From the IMG/VR virus record IMGVR_UViG_3300044680_000280, positions 310,001 to 374,000 of that record: a DNA stretch of 64,000 bases; one strand, given 5' to 3'. A program made the translations under genes and the position numbers. Below the pieces are notes generated by a model, which was given only the letters and a program-made list of their open reading frames with translations, did no database searches and was not told the DNA's origin. Numbering within the stretch: the first letter of the stretch is position 1; every line of letters starts with the position of its first letter. Positions 47,091 through 55,947 of this stretch are shown in pieces.

Positions 47091-48043
47091 ACATGGCCGA
47101 ACTAGAGTTACGGTTGCGCCGCCAATTTTCCATCGACGCTGGGGAAGCCCTTGTCGACTACATGAACGCCACCGTGGTGAGTAAACTTCAAGCGCTCAAT
47201 GTCATCTGTCGGCACAGCATCTGTCCGCCCGGGGCTTGCGGCCCCTGTTACGACGATAGAGAGTGGCAGGATGAAGTCGCACGAGCCTCTTACGGTAACT
47301 TCTGTCCCCAATGTGGGGCAAAAATGCCCGGTCAGCACGAACTGTCCTGCATGTATGTGTTACCGGCCGATGAGTGTGTTGACGCACTGGTCGATGAGGG
47401 CGTTAACGTGCCCACGCCACCTTCTTCCGAGTCTGAAGATTCGCGCGACCACCTCATCGACGATCTCAGTCGCCAACTCACCGAAATGACCGAACGTTAC
47501 TCGATGGCAATGGGGCCCGGTTCATCGTTTGCCGTCGTCAACCACTTTGAGCGGGCTAAAGAGCTCCTCGGCGCCGGTCAGGAATTCATCGACGAAGCCG
47601 TCGAACGGGTTCTCAAGGCTCGACAAGAACGGGAAGCTGCCCTCGAAGCCGAACTCGCTGAGGCAAAGAAGGACCGCGACACCCTACGAGACCGTGCGGT
47701 CGAAGCTCTACAGCAAAGGGATCGAGCCCGGGATGAAACGGACGCTATTCGAAAGGAGCTGAACGCCCTTAAAGACCAGGGACCATTTGTGCGTTCCGTC
47801 AAAAAATCGCCCAAATCTGACACGTACCGCGTCCCCCGAGCAAAGTGCATCACGTGTGATACGGAATTGAGTTTCCGCCAACACCTTCCCGCCGTACCCG
47901 AGTCTCCTGAAGACCCACCCGGGCCGGCTTTCAATGTTTTCGTTCACACCGACCCCTGTTCGCAAGGATGGGTGTGTCCAGCCGGGGGAAAGATCATCGG
48001 GGCGAATGGATTGGTGCGTTTAAACGAAGCGCCGATGCCCTAG
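47087..48043 (+). CDS. coiled-coil protein with Zn-finger motifs
   Basis: ATGA overlap; CPQCG, CITC. Confidence 0.7.
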   Translation: MNMAELELRLRRQFSIDAGEALVDYMNATVVSKLQALNVICRHSICPPGACGPCYDDREWQDEVARASYGNFCPQCGAKMPGQHELSCMYVLPADECVDALVDEGVNVPTPPSSESEDSRDHLIDDLSRQLTEMTERYSMAMGPGSSFAVVNHFERAKELLGAGQEFIDEAVERVLKARQEREAALEAELAEAKKDRDTLRDRAVEALQQRDRARDETDAIRKELNALKDQGPFVRSVKKSPKSDTYRVPRAKCITCDTELSFRQHLPAVPESPEDPPGPAFNVFVHTDPCSQGWVCPAGGKIIGANGLVRLNEAPMP

Positions 48044-48297
48044 CCGTTCCATGTTGTCCGCTTTAGCCATTGCTCGCGCTGCCAATCGGGACCCGTGGTG
48101 ACGGTAGCTTGGCGATCCCGTAGAGTCTTCTCCCCAAGAGCGGCGACCTCGAGCTTGTCCGCAATGCGATCTAGCTCGATGGCGGCCTGCCTAGGATTGA
48201 ACCCTAAGGGCTTGGTCAAAAGGCGGTGTCTCAGGCTGTCAAGTTCCCGAAGAACCGTGTTCACGTCCGTCACTTTGAAATTCTGCTGAAAAGGCAT
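48040..48297 (-). CDS. hypothetical protein
   Basis: GAGGG upstream of ATG 48297. Confidence 0.55.
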   Translation of the reverse strand: MPFQQNFKVTDVNTVLRELDSLRHRLLTKPLGFNPRQAAIELDRIADKLEVAALGEKTLRDRQATVTTGPDWQREQWLKRTTWNG

Positions 48298-48333
48298 AGC
48301 GCGACCCTCATTCGTCCGGTGTACTACTGTAGG

Positions 48334-48549
48334 ATGAGAGTTCTCTGGTGCTCGTGCCAATGGCAGGTACAACTTTTCAGTAGGGTGTGGACAATTCGTA
48401 GCCCTCTCTGTCAGGCTCACGGGTGGAAGTCCCTTCACCGCTGGCACCGACTGGGGCCCAAGAAGCGGTCTGTCCTGGCTCCAAAGAGCATCCTTCGGAG
48501 CCTCGGAACGGAGCGTCTCAAAAAGGCATTGGATCCGACGAAGCCCTGA
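48334..48549 (+). CDS. small Trp/Arg-rich basic protein
   Basis: A-motif at 48317. Confidence 0.6.
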   Translation: MRVLWCSCQWQVQLFSRVWTIRSPLCQAHGWKSLHRWHRLGPKKRSVLAPKSILRSLGTERLKKALDPTKP

Positions 48550-49030
48550 CCCGGAGGCGAACCTCGTTTGCCTCTTTCAGCGAAAAAAGCCTCAGATCGG
48601 TGATGTTCTGTGGGCGTTCGGTCGCCAAACGCGACACGAACGCCCGTACCGCCATCCCGATCTTTTTGTCCTGCTCCTCGAGTGACGGATCCAAGTGCAC
48701 CCACGGGCCGTCGAACAGGTAAACATGCCCAAAGATTTTGGGCGGCTCATCCGAATTCCACGCACGGTACTCGACGAAAGCGTCCGGCTCCTTACCGCGG
48801 CAATACTCCTCTTGGGCTTCCGTCAGAATCCGTTCGGTCTCCTCCTCGGTGTCCATGTAGTTACGCCAAGCGCCCGTGAGGATCGACTGGATCTCTCCGT
48901 CAACGTAACGGACGAGTTGGTCTCGGTTGGGTCCGTTCCACTGTCGTCCGCCGTTAGCCACGTTGCCGATCCCAGCGGCGAGGTAGTTCGTGATGGCGAC
49001 AACGATCTGGTCGATTTTTTTGGGTTCCAT
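48518..49030 (-). CDS. hypothetical protein
   Basis: A-motif at 49041. Confidence 0.7.
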   Translation of the reverse strand: MEPKKIDQIVVAITNYLAAGIGNVANGGRQWNGPNRDQLVRYVDGEIQSILTGAWRNYMDTEEETERILTEAQEEYCRGKEPDAFVEYRAWNSDEPPKIFGHVYLFDGPWVHLDPSLEEQDKKIGMAVRAFVSRLATERPQNITDLRLFSLKEANEVRLRVRASSDPMPF

Positions 49031-49074
49031 TTGACCATAGTACACCGGTCGTGAGTGGTGTAATCCTAGAAGGT

Positions 49075-49392
49075 ATGGCTTACGATGCGGACACCGTCAC
49101 GGCTCAGGTGGCTCCTCAGTTGGACCGTCTGTTCGCCCCCTGGCGGGTAGGTCGACCCGATGGGTGGATTCCCGACCCACGAACGAAGGAACTCGTCTGC
49201 ATCGGTCTGTGGCTCCGTGAGGAACTCACCCGTCTAGGACTATCCGATACGGACCGTAAGACGCAGGAAGGCTACTATCATCGGCACAGCCGTAGCGACG
49301 AGAACCTTTACGAGCTTGCTGCCAAGGTTCTCAATGATGCGGTCGCTGGGGATATTCCTCAGAATCGCAAACCTCATCGACGGTGGGGCTGA
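49075..49392 (+). CDS. hypothetical protein
   Basis: TGGTGTA at 49056. Confidence 0.7.
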   Translation: MAYDADTVTAQVAPQLDRLFAPWRVGRPDGWIPDPRTKELVCIGLWLREELTRLGLSDTDRKTQEGYYHRHSRSDENLYELAAKVLNDAVAGDIPQNRKPHRRWG

Positions 49393-49394
49393 CC

Positions 49395-49607
49395 TCAGTC
49401 CTTGTCGTTGATGCGATAGAGGTTGATGTAGACGTTGTCCTTCCACGAGATCACGGCGCAAGGATCGAGTTGAATCGAGATTCCTTGCTCGTCTTCCCAA
49501 GCCGCACCGATTCGGTGAAAACGTTTCGCTTCTTTATCCCCTTTGTCTCCCGTCGGCTTGACCTTTACGGTCATGATGTAGTCCGGTTTTCTCGACGCGT
49601 TTGCCAT
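49395..49607 (-). CDS. small conserved protein, ssDNA-binding-like beta fold
   Basis: RIGAAW...GISIQLD; B-promoter at 49637. Confidence 0.65.
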   Translation of the reverse strand: MANASRKPDYIMTVKVKPTGDKGDKEAKRFHRIGAAWEDEQGISIQLDPCAVISWKDNVYINLYRINDKD

Positions 49608-49788
49608 GAGTCGAATACAACGCAGGTAGTCGAAAGGTTCAAGAGTACGTGGCTAGGAGATTTTGCACAGGAGCTTGTTGGCTCCGTACAAGCCAGAGTA
49701 GGTCTGTCTCGGCGTACCGAGCATTCGTTTGAAGTGTAAGGTCGATGCTTACACGAGCACTTCCCCGCCACACCCCGCGCAACGTTTG

Positions 49789-50094
49789 TCAGGCATCCGG
49801 ATTAGATACCTCAGACTTGAGTTTCGTCAAGAGTCGCTCGATTCCGAGGGCGATGTTGTCGTAAATGGGGCGCCTCATCGCTGGGTGCGGGGCGGTCCGA
49901 CCGTTTTTCCAACGTTCGAAACTCGACACGCTCAAACCGAACCGTACTCTGAGGACCTTCTCCTCGTCAAATACCCTCAGTTCTACCATCCGGTTGATAA
50001 GTTCTCGAAAAGTATCAGAGCTGTGCGTGGGGGCCGCCTTCAGATCCTCCATGAGTTTCGTGAGTTCTGCGATACGGTTGGACACGGTAAACAT
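49789..50094 (-). CDS. XRE-like helix-turn-helix protein
   Basis: FGLSVSSFERWKNGRTAPHPAMR. Confidence 0.7.
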   Translation of the reverse strand: MFTVSNRIAELTKLMEDLKAAPTHSSDTFRELINRMVELRVFDEEKVLRVRFGLSVSSFERWKNGRTAPHPAMRRPIYDNIALGIERLLTKLKSEVSNPDA

Positions 50095-50151
50095 TCTACT
50101 ACACCAAGATTCTCGATGAGTCAAGACCTCAGCCGGTGTAACCTGGGAACT

Positions 50152-50886
50152 ATGGGCAACCCGCAAGACCGCATCATTTTCGCTTTGGACCTTCCCACCT
50201 ACAAGGAAGCCGCCGGTTACGTTTCCGCTCTGCGGGAACACGTCGGCTGCTTCAAGGTGGGGCTCGAGCTTTTTATGGTTGATGGCCCTTTAATGGTTCA
50301 CCATATTCAACACGTACACAAAAGGTCGGTCATGCTCGACCTGAAGTTTCACGATATCCCTGAAACCGTTGCGCGAGCCCTCGTCCAGGCGGGGGATATG
50401 GGCGTGCGGTTCGCCACGATTCACGTGCAGCAAAGAGCAACGATGAAGAAGGCTGTCACGGTGGCAAAGCAGTACGGCATCCAACTCCTCGCCGTGACAG
50501 TTCTGACGTCGATGACGGACGATGACCTTTTCGACCTGGATATGTCGCCGCCGTTCCTTGGTTTTTTCCCCGGTGGAGTATCGAACCGTGTCGAACGTCT
50601 GGCAAAGCTTGCCTGGTCGGAGGGTGTCACGGGCTTCGTTTGCTCTCCCATGGAGGTGAAGCGGCTCCGTAACAGTTTGCCCAATGCTGTCCTCGTGACC
50701 CCAGGAGTGCGTCCCGCGGGTAGTGATGTCGGAGACCAAAAACGAATCGGGACGCCGTCTCAAGCTATTTCTGACGGAGCAAACTACATCGTCGTAGGTC
50801 GTCCGATTCGAGATGCCGCCGATCCTGTCGCCGCCGCGGCTCTGATCGCAAAAGAGATCGACTTCGACTTGGTGGACTCCCCTTGA
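50152..50886 (+). CDS. pyrF: orotidine 5'-phosphate decarboxylase
   Basis: IIFALD, FKVGLELF, MLDLKFHDIPETV, VTPGVRP and YIVVGRPI signatures; A-motif at 50134. Confidence 0.95.
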   Translation: MGNPQDRIIFALDLPTYKEAAGYVSALREHVGCFKVGLELFMVDGPLMVHHIQHVHKRSVMLDLKFHDIPETVARALVQAGDMGVRFATIHVQQRATMKKAVTVAKQYGIQLLAVTVLTSMTDDDLFDLDMSPPFLGFFPGGVSNRVERLAKLAWSEGVTGFVCSPMEVKRLRNSLPNAVLVTPGVRPAGSDVGDQKRIGTPSQAISDGANYIVVGRPIRDAADPVAAAALIAKEIDFDLVDSP

Positions 50887-50920
50887 CGTGTTCCCCGGAC
50901 GGGGTAGGATTCGAGCCACC

Positions 50921-51031
50921 ATGAAACAAGAAAGCTCCGAAACCGTTCTAAACATCGTCATTACGACCGCCCTTCTCGCCCTCGGGGTGGCGTTCATCAT
51001 CGGTTCTTACCAAGGGTGGCTCACGCAGTAA
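50921..51031 (+). CDS. 36-aa membrane peptide
   Basis: TTGACG-N16-TAGGAT upstream; single TM. Confidence 0.6.
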   Translation: MKQESSETVLNIVITTALLALGVAFIIGSYQGWLTQ

Positions 51032-51084
51032 GGTTGAACCGACCGCCCTTCCGTGTTGTACTCCCGTTAAAGGACGAGCGAACC

Positions 51085-51429
51085 GTGGCGAACAAGATCA
51101 AATGGGCGTGCCCCAGGTGCGGCGCTCCGGCAAACGAACACGGTAAGGGTGGTCACGACACATGCCACTCTCATAAGCGCGGTGCGGATCCCAACAACGC
51201 ATGCATGGGGTTCATCTGCGATTGCGACTGGGAGACCGGACCTGAGCACGGAGAATCCTACCAGGATCCGTGCGAGGAAGCTTACTGCTACCATTGCGGA
51301 TGGGGTGGCACGTTTCCCGAGAAGCCGAAGGGTCTCCAGTCGTGGGAAAAGAAAGCCCTTGATGCAGGGTGGACGATGCCCGAAGCTCGTATGGCAGAAC
51401 TCGGGCTCGCCACGGAAAAGAAGAAGTAA
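51085..51429 (+). CDS. Cys/His-rich Zn-binding protein
   Basis: B-promoter at 51034; CPRCG, CDC, CYHCG. Confidence 0.7.
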   Translation: MANKIKWACPRCGAPANEHGKGGHDTCHSHKRGADPNNACMGFICDCDWETGPEHGESYQDPCEEAYCYHCGWGGTFPEKPKGLQSWEKKALDAGWTMPEARMAELGLATEKKK

Positions 51430-51433
51430 CCCC

Positions 51434-51721
51434 ATGTCCGTCTTTGTCACGAAAGGCATGCGAATTCGAGCCAAGTGGTTCGAGGCTCGCCTGGAGTCCC
51501 TCTCTGGAGGAGTGCCCAAGGTCGGAGCCGTCGAAAAGGTGGTGACGGGCGTCGTCCGTCACGTTCGTGGAGATCATCCGACGGATCCGAAGACGGTTCG
51601 GGTCTACGTGGAGTCGGAGGACGGACTTGGCGTTCCGTGTGGCCGCTGTCAGGTTCGCGAGATGGAGATTCACCCAGAACACATCGTCGAGGTACTCAAT
51701 TCCCGGACTGTCGTCGGCTAA
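51434..51721 (+). CDS. hypothetical protein
   Basis: VRHVRGDHPTDP; CGRC. Confidence 0.65.
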   Translation: MSVFVTKGMRIRAKWFEARLESLSGGVPKVGAVEKVVTGVVRHVRGDHPTDPKTVRVYVESEDGLGVPCGRCQVREMEIHPEHIVEVLNSRTVVG

Positions 51722-51778
51722 GTACCCGCCAAACGAACGCGGCGCCGAGGATCGCTCCGATGATTGTCGCTGCTTTGA

Positions 51779-52312
51779 TCATGGTCCTACCACCTTCGTC
51801 CCGCACCAGTAGCAGTTCTTTCCGATGTCGTTTTTCCGTTGACAGCTAGAGTTCGGACAAAGAGCCTCCTTCGGGGCTCCTGTCGTTGCTGTCGAGTCGC
51901 CAGCCTGAACGGTGAGTTGCCACCAATTGTAGAAGTCGAATCGTTCGATCTGCGTTGTGCCGACGGGCTCTACTTCAATGGTCGGTTCCCCCAGCCGATT
52001 ACCTAAGGTCACTAAGTGCCTACGAAAGGTGAACTTCTGACCTTGTGACCAAATCCTTGACCCCGTGCTCACTACGATGGTGTCCCCATCCTTGATGGGT
52101 GTGAGGTCCTTCTCGTGAAAGGTGTGCATGGACGTGTTCGTTGGATCCACACTGAACCGTATAGACCATAGTCCCGACGGGGGAGTACCTCCGATCTGGT
52201 CGTACACGACTCCAAGCCAGGACGAGGTTGGTACCCGGACGGGATCCCCTATTTTGGGGACGTAAGAAGCAGCGGCTACGGGATACATCCCGCCAAACGG
52301 GTACCCGAACAA
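51779..52312 (-). CDS. SH3-like protein with conserved C-terminal Zn-ribbon tail
   Basis: KIGDPVRV...; CPNSSCQRKNDIGKNCYWCG. Confidence 0.75.
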   Translation of the reverse strand: MFGYPFGGMYPVAAASYVPKIGDPVRVPTSSWLGVVYDQIGGTPPSGLWSIRFSVDPTNTSMHTFHEKDLTPIKDGDTIVVSTGSRIWSQGQKFTFRRHLVTLGNRLGEPTIEVEPVGTTQIERFDFYNWWQLTVQAGDSTATTGAPKEALCPNSSCQRKNDIGKNCYWCGTKVVGP

Positions 52313-52313
52313 C

Positions 52314-52562
52314 TCAGCCCTCTTTGGTCTTCAGTTTCGAAGCGTTGTCGTCGAGGAAGCCGCGAATCTCGTCGGCCATGTCGAGCACCTTCTCCCACTG
52401 CTCCTTGTAGAGCGTGACGGGGAAGCGCCCGAGGCCGTAGAGCGAGACGCCGCCCTTCTCGGAAACCTTGAGGCTGATTGCTCGCTTCGGTTGAGCCTTG
52501 AGCTTCTCGTTCTCAGCTCGGAGTCGATTGAGTTCGGCTTGGACTTCGGGATCGAGGGTCAT
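52314..52562 (-). CDS. conserved small hypothetical protein
   Basis: LKVSEKGGVSLYGLGRFPVTLYKEQW motif; A-motif at 52573. Confidence 0.85.
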   Translation of the reverse strand: MTLDPEVQAELNRLRAENEKLKAQPKRAISLKVSEKGGVSLYGLGRFPVTLYKEQWEKVLDMADEIRGFLDDNASKLKTKEG

Positions 52563-52627
52563 GCCTTTTTATTACACCGTTTTTTTACACTCGCCGCAGG
52601 TTTTTGGCTCGGTGTACGCTATTGGGT

Positions 52628-53119
52628 ATGCCGGAGTGGCTTTCTAGCCTGCTCAGATTATTCACCGATAATGGGGTCAGGAACGGGATCGTCTCGGATC
52701 TAGCCAGTCGGTGGGGCGTTCTGTCTGACGAACAGTGGGTGAGACTGGACTACCGAGTCCGGTCGGTTTGCATCCGTGAAGCGGTGAGTCACACGAACGG
52801 TATTACGATTCTCGCTGTTTGTGAGACCGCGGCAACTCTATGTGACCGTAGAGGTCGAGGTGAGCCCGTCACTGATGCCGAATGGTTGGACGCCCGCCGC
52901 AAGGCGTCGGCGGTGACAGGGAGTCCGGCGGTGGTGGCGTTGGCGTCGACGTTGGCAGCATCGAATTCGATGCCATGTGCATGGTTGGCGGCGAGTTCGG
53001 CATCGTCGTTGACCCGCATTGCCCAAGCCACCTACGACCTCATCGACCAAGAAATCGATTTGACGCGAGCCGCCAGACCCAAAGCCATGACGATCTGGGA
53101 GCACATAATGGAGAATTGA
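52628..53119 (+). CDS. paralog of 6179-6691 with W-tag
   Basis: A-motif at 52610; MTIWEHIMEN*. Confidence 0.8.
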   Translation: MPEWLSSLLRLFTDNGVRNGIVSDLASRWGVLSDEQWVRLDYRVRSVCIREAVSHTNGITILAVCETAATLCDRRGRGEPVTDAEWLDARRKASAVTGSPAVVALASTLAASNSMPCAWLAASSASSLTRIAQATYDLIDQEIDLTRAARPKAMTIWEHIMEN

Positions 53120-53141
53120 CCCTAGAACCTGCGGTCGCAGT

Positions 53142-53366
53142 CTAGAAGCAGTCCTCGTTGCTGTACTCGATGCTGTCGGTTCCCATATCGTCGGCGGAGA
53201 CGGGGGCGCGCCTTGAGGTGTGGCGAACGTGGGCCGCGGCGGGGGGTGCCGCCTCGCAAACCGCGTGACGGACGGGGTTGCCCTTCACCCATTCGATTTT
53301 TTCGCCGACACGGACGCGGCGGTTGCAGACCTTGCAGAACGAAGCGAACTTTGCTGTGAGGACCAT
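53142..53366 (-). CDS. small Zn-binding protein
   Basis: AKFASFCKVC..GEKIEW..HAVC. Confidence 0.65.
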   Translation of the reverse strand: MVLTAKFASFCKVCNRRVRVGEKIEWVKGNPVRHAVCEAAPPAAAHVRHTSRRAPVSADDMGTDSIEYSNEDCF

Positions 53367-53451
53367 TTTTCTGTTCTCCCTCTCACTCATATAGAACGGA
53401 CCGTTCCGGAGGAACTTGAGAAAAATTCGGCGTTGCGGTGTAAGGGACCGC

Positions 53452-54024
53452 ATGCTCTCGGATCAAACGAAGGAAGCCATTCTCACCGAGTATCTCAAAA
53501 ATGGTGGGCGTCACCAAAAGCCGCCTGAGACCTCATTTGGACCGAAAACTGGGTTCCGTTGTACGTGCGGCGGCCCCCTTTACCAAAGGTACGACCTCTT
53601 CGAGTCGCGACTTCCCCCGCGCAAAGGTCCTCGTCGTAGCAAAAACCGTCGGATCGCCAAAAAGCAACTCAAGAGGTGGCTCGAGGAAGAATGCATGCTT
53701 TATCGGTTCGAGTTCGCGTTGAACCTTCTACGAGGCCCCCGCGGGTATATCTGCGGCTCTTGTTACAGAAACGTTGGATTTTACGAGGCCATCGGCCGCA
53801 ACACCTTCATTGTTGAGCAACTCCCGGACGGCGCTCTGCCGATTTACGACCGAGATCCTGATGTTACGGCGTTCGATCCCGCCTCAGGACAAGCTCTTAC
53901 GGTAGAGAACGTCCTCCCCGGCTCCCAAACCGTAGAGGTCCTCGATCGTTTGGATCCGATACCCCTCCCCAAAGAGGAAGGTACGGATCTCCAGGTTCCC
54001 AACCTTGGCGTCGACGAGGACTGA
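53452..54024 (+). CDS. Zn-finger protein carrying a segment resembling a major capsid protein N-terminal region
   Basis: A-motif at 53436; IGRNTFIVEQLPDGALPIYDRDPDV. Confidence 0.55.
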   Translation: MLSDQTKEAILTEYLKNGGRHQKPPETSFGPKTGFRCTCGGPLYQRYDLFESRLPPRKGPRRSKNRRIAKKQLKRWLEEECMLYRFEFALNLLRGPRGYICGSCYRNVGFYEAIGRNTFIVEQLPDGALPIYDRDPDVTAFDPASGQALTVENVLPGSQTVEVLDRLDPIPLPKEEGTDLQVPNLGVDED

Positions 54025-54366
54025 ACGGACGCCGAACTCACGGGCGCCCTCAACCTCGACGTTCCGGACGAGGAAGGAAGCGATGTGCCGACCCCGCATG
54101 TCGGGACGGACCGTGATGTTTTTAATCTCGAGCGCGGTCGGTTCTGCCATGTGCCGCTGGTAGATTACGGCTCCGATGACATTCCCTCTTGAAAGAGCCA
54201 CGAGAGCCCGTTTGGTCTCATCCTTGAGCTGGGAGTGGACCTTTTGGAGCCATCCGTCGAAGTCTGGGTAGTCCTCGTGTGGGATCCAGAGTCGCGGTCC
54301 CCGCAGGTAGTTCAAGATCTCATCCGCCCGCCGGTCCATCCCGTCGCTGGTGAACAGGAATTCCAT
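53884..54366 (-). CDS. GNAT-family acetyltransferase
   Basis: IKNITVRPDMRGRHIASFL (motif A), F..EGY. Confidence 0.85.
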   Translation of the reverse strand: MEFLFTSDGMDRRADEILNYLRGPRLWIPHEDYPDFDGWLQKVHSQLKDETKRALVALSRGNVIGAVIYQRHMAEPTALEIKNITVRPDMRGRHIASFLVRNVEVEGAREFGVRSVLVDAKVGNLEIRTFLFGEGYRIQTIEDLYGLGAGEDVLYRKSLS

Positions 54367-54369
54367 GGC

Positions 54370-54603
54370 TCAGACCTTCCGCTTTTTTGCCGTCTTTTTC
54401 TTCGCCTGCTTCTTTGGCGCCGGGGCCTTGATCTCGGTAGCCGCAATCAACCAGTCGAGATGTGACAACTCGGCGTTGTTCACGAGCATATTGTAGGCAA
54501 TATGCTCGGCGAGCTCCGTAGGTGTGTAGAGCTTGTAAAAAATGCTCCTCCACTGGAGCTCGACTTCGCACTCGAAGTTTACGAGAAACGTTCGCATCCC
54601 CAT
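54370..54603 (-). CDS. hypothetical protein with Lys-rich tail
   Basis: A-motif at 54615. Confidence 0.7.
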   Translation of the reverse strand: MGMRTFLVNFECEVELQWRSIFYKLYTPTELAEHIAYNMLVNNAELSHLDWLIAATEIKAPAPKKQAKKKTAKKRKV

Positions 54604-54663
54604 GCTCCTTCTATTACACCGTTTGAACTTCGGGCAACCCCGGGTCGTACTGGAGAGGAACAC

Positions 54664-54861
54664 ATGGCCACCAAACCCGTCTTCCCGATTGGCGCCGCCG
54701 TCTACATCGATGGTCGCGATGCCGCGATCGTTCGAGCCGCCTTTCCCGAGGGCTCGTCATCTTTTCTGTTCCCGCACTACAAGGTGCACGTCATCGGCGG
54801 CGACAGAAACATGGCCGTTTCGATGTCCCGCGTTGGGGTGAAACGGAAGGAATCGGTGTAA
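54664..54861 (+). CDS. small SH3-like protein
   Basis: B-promoter at 54623, GAGG SD. Confidence 0.7.
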   Translation: MATKPVFPIGAAVYIDGRDAAIVRAAFPEGSSSFLFPHYKVHVIGGDRNMAVSMSRVGVKRKESV

Positions 54862-54870
54862 CTGTACAGA

Positions 54871-55179
54871 ATGGCCCACGTGTGGACTACAACGCTGCCC
54901 GACAAGACTACAGTGTGGGTGTATTCGCGCTTCTACCATCAGGGTGTCCACTACAACGGGACCTGCTGTCAATACTGCGGAGCCCAAAAGTGCACCGTTC
55001 CGGGGAGCCGTGCGGGTCTTGTTCGCACCCTCTACATCACATTCAAATACGGCAAACCGTATCGTTTTAGTCCCAAAGCCCCGATCTGCATTCGAGAGGA
55101 CGAGACCTTTGCCGTTGAGGTACCCAAACCTCTCCCGAACAGGATGACGGTCTATGACCATCTGCTGAGCCCGAGCTAA
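54871..55179 (+). CDS. Cys-containing protein with W-tag variant
   Basis: A-motif at 54854; RMTVYDHLLSPS*. Confidence 0.75.
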   Translation: MAHVWTTTLPDKTTVWVYSRFYHQGVHYNGTCCQYCGAQKCTVPGSRAGLVRTLYITFKYGKPYRFSPKAPICIREDETFAVEVPKPLPNRMTVYDHLLSPS

Positions 55180-55225
55180 AGTTTCTCAGGGGACTTCCGT
55201 TCCATTGAGTAAGAGGGTACGAACG

Positions 55226-55438
55226 ATGCGAGACTTCACCAACATCTCCCTGCACAGCCCCCGCATGATGGAGCACCACGAGACGGATCCTCGGTTCGAG
55301 CGGTTCGTCAAGCTCGCCAGCAGCATGACCGCCTTTCGGGTCTCGGTGCACGAGGTGTCCAGCGCCCTCAGGTCGATGGGCGCCAACGAGGGCGAGATTT
55401 TCATCGTCATCCACGCTGTGAAAATACTGGAGTCTTAG
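55226..55438 (+). CDS. hypothetical protein
   Basis: GAGGG upstream. Confidence 0.6.
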   Translation: MRDFTNISLHSPRMMEHHETDPRFERFVKLASSMTAFRVSVHEVSSALRSMGANEGEIFIVIHAVKILES

Positions 55439-55465
55439 CCTGCTCATCCGGTGTAAGGTTCTCTT

Positions 55466-55738
55466 ATGAACCGCACCGTTGTCGCTGCCATCCTCTGCGC
55501 CCTTTCCGTCGCCGCCTGCGAGGGTCCCCAGACGCAGCACATTTTTCGCATCCGAGCTCCGTCCGACGTCGTCTACGTTCCCATCGTCGACCACTCGAGG
55601 GAGCACGACAAGGCACTGCAAGAAGCCATCGATAAGGCCGTTCGGGCACAGGAAGTGCAAGATCTCCGGCAAGAAGTTCGTTCCGAGTTGCTCGATATCC
55701 CGAACGGCCCGTCGACCCGCTCGCTCACTCAGCAATAA
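55466..55738 (+). CDS. lipoprotein
   Basis: Lipobox VAAC; A-motif at 55449. Confidence 0.7.
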   Translation: MNRTVVAAILCALSVAACEGPQTQHIFRIRAPSDVVYVPIVDHSREHDKALQEAIDKAVRAQEVQDLRQEVRSELLDIPNGPSTRSLTQQ

Positions 55739-55754
55739 CCGTGTAGGCTTACGT

Positions 55755-55925
55755 GTGCCTAAATTCACCATCCAAGTCCGTCAGTCTCCCCTCATACCTG
55801 ACATCCGGTGCAGGGGCTGCAACGTTCGGCCACCTCGAGACGTGACAGGATGGTTTATCGCAGCCGTCCATCTGATTCTCTGCCCCGATTGTCGTAAGAA
55901 ACCGCTCAAACGTCATCATACGTAG
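55755..55925 (+). CDS. small Zn-finger protein
   Basis: CRGC...CPDC; CCGTGTA variant upstream. Confidence 0.55.
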   Translation: MPKFTIQVRQSPLIPDIRCRGCNVRPPRDVTGWFIAAVHLILCPDCRKKPLKRHHT

Positions 55926-55947
55926 CATTCTGGTGTACGGATAAAAC

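Noticed and set aside
49729-50151. N-terminal extension of PyrF in the 385-aa track ORF
   Set aside because: It overlaps the HTH gene on the other strand. The A-motif and PyrF homology both start at ATG 50152.
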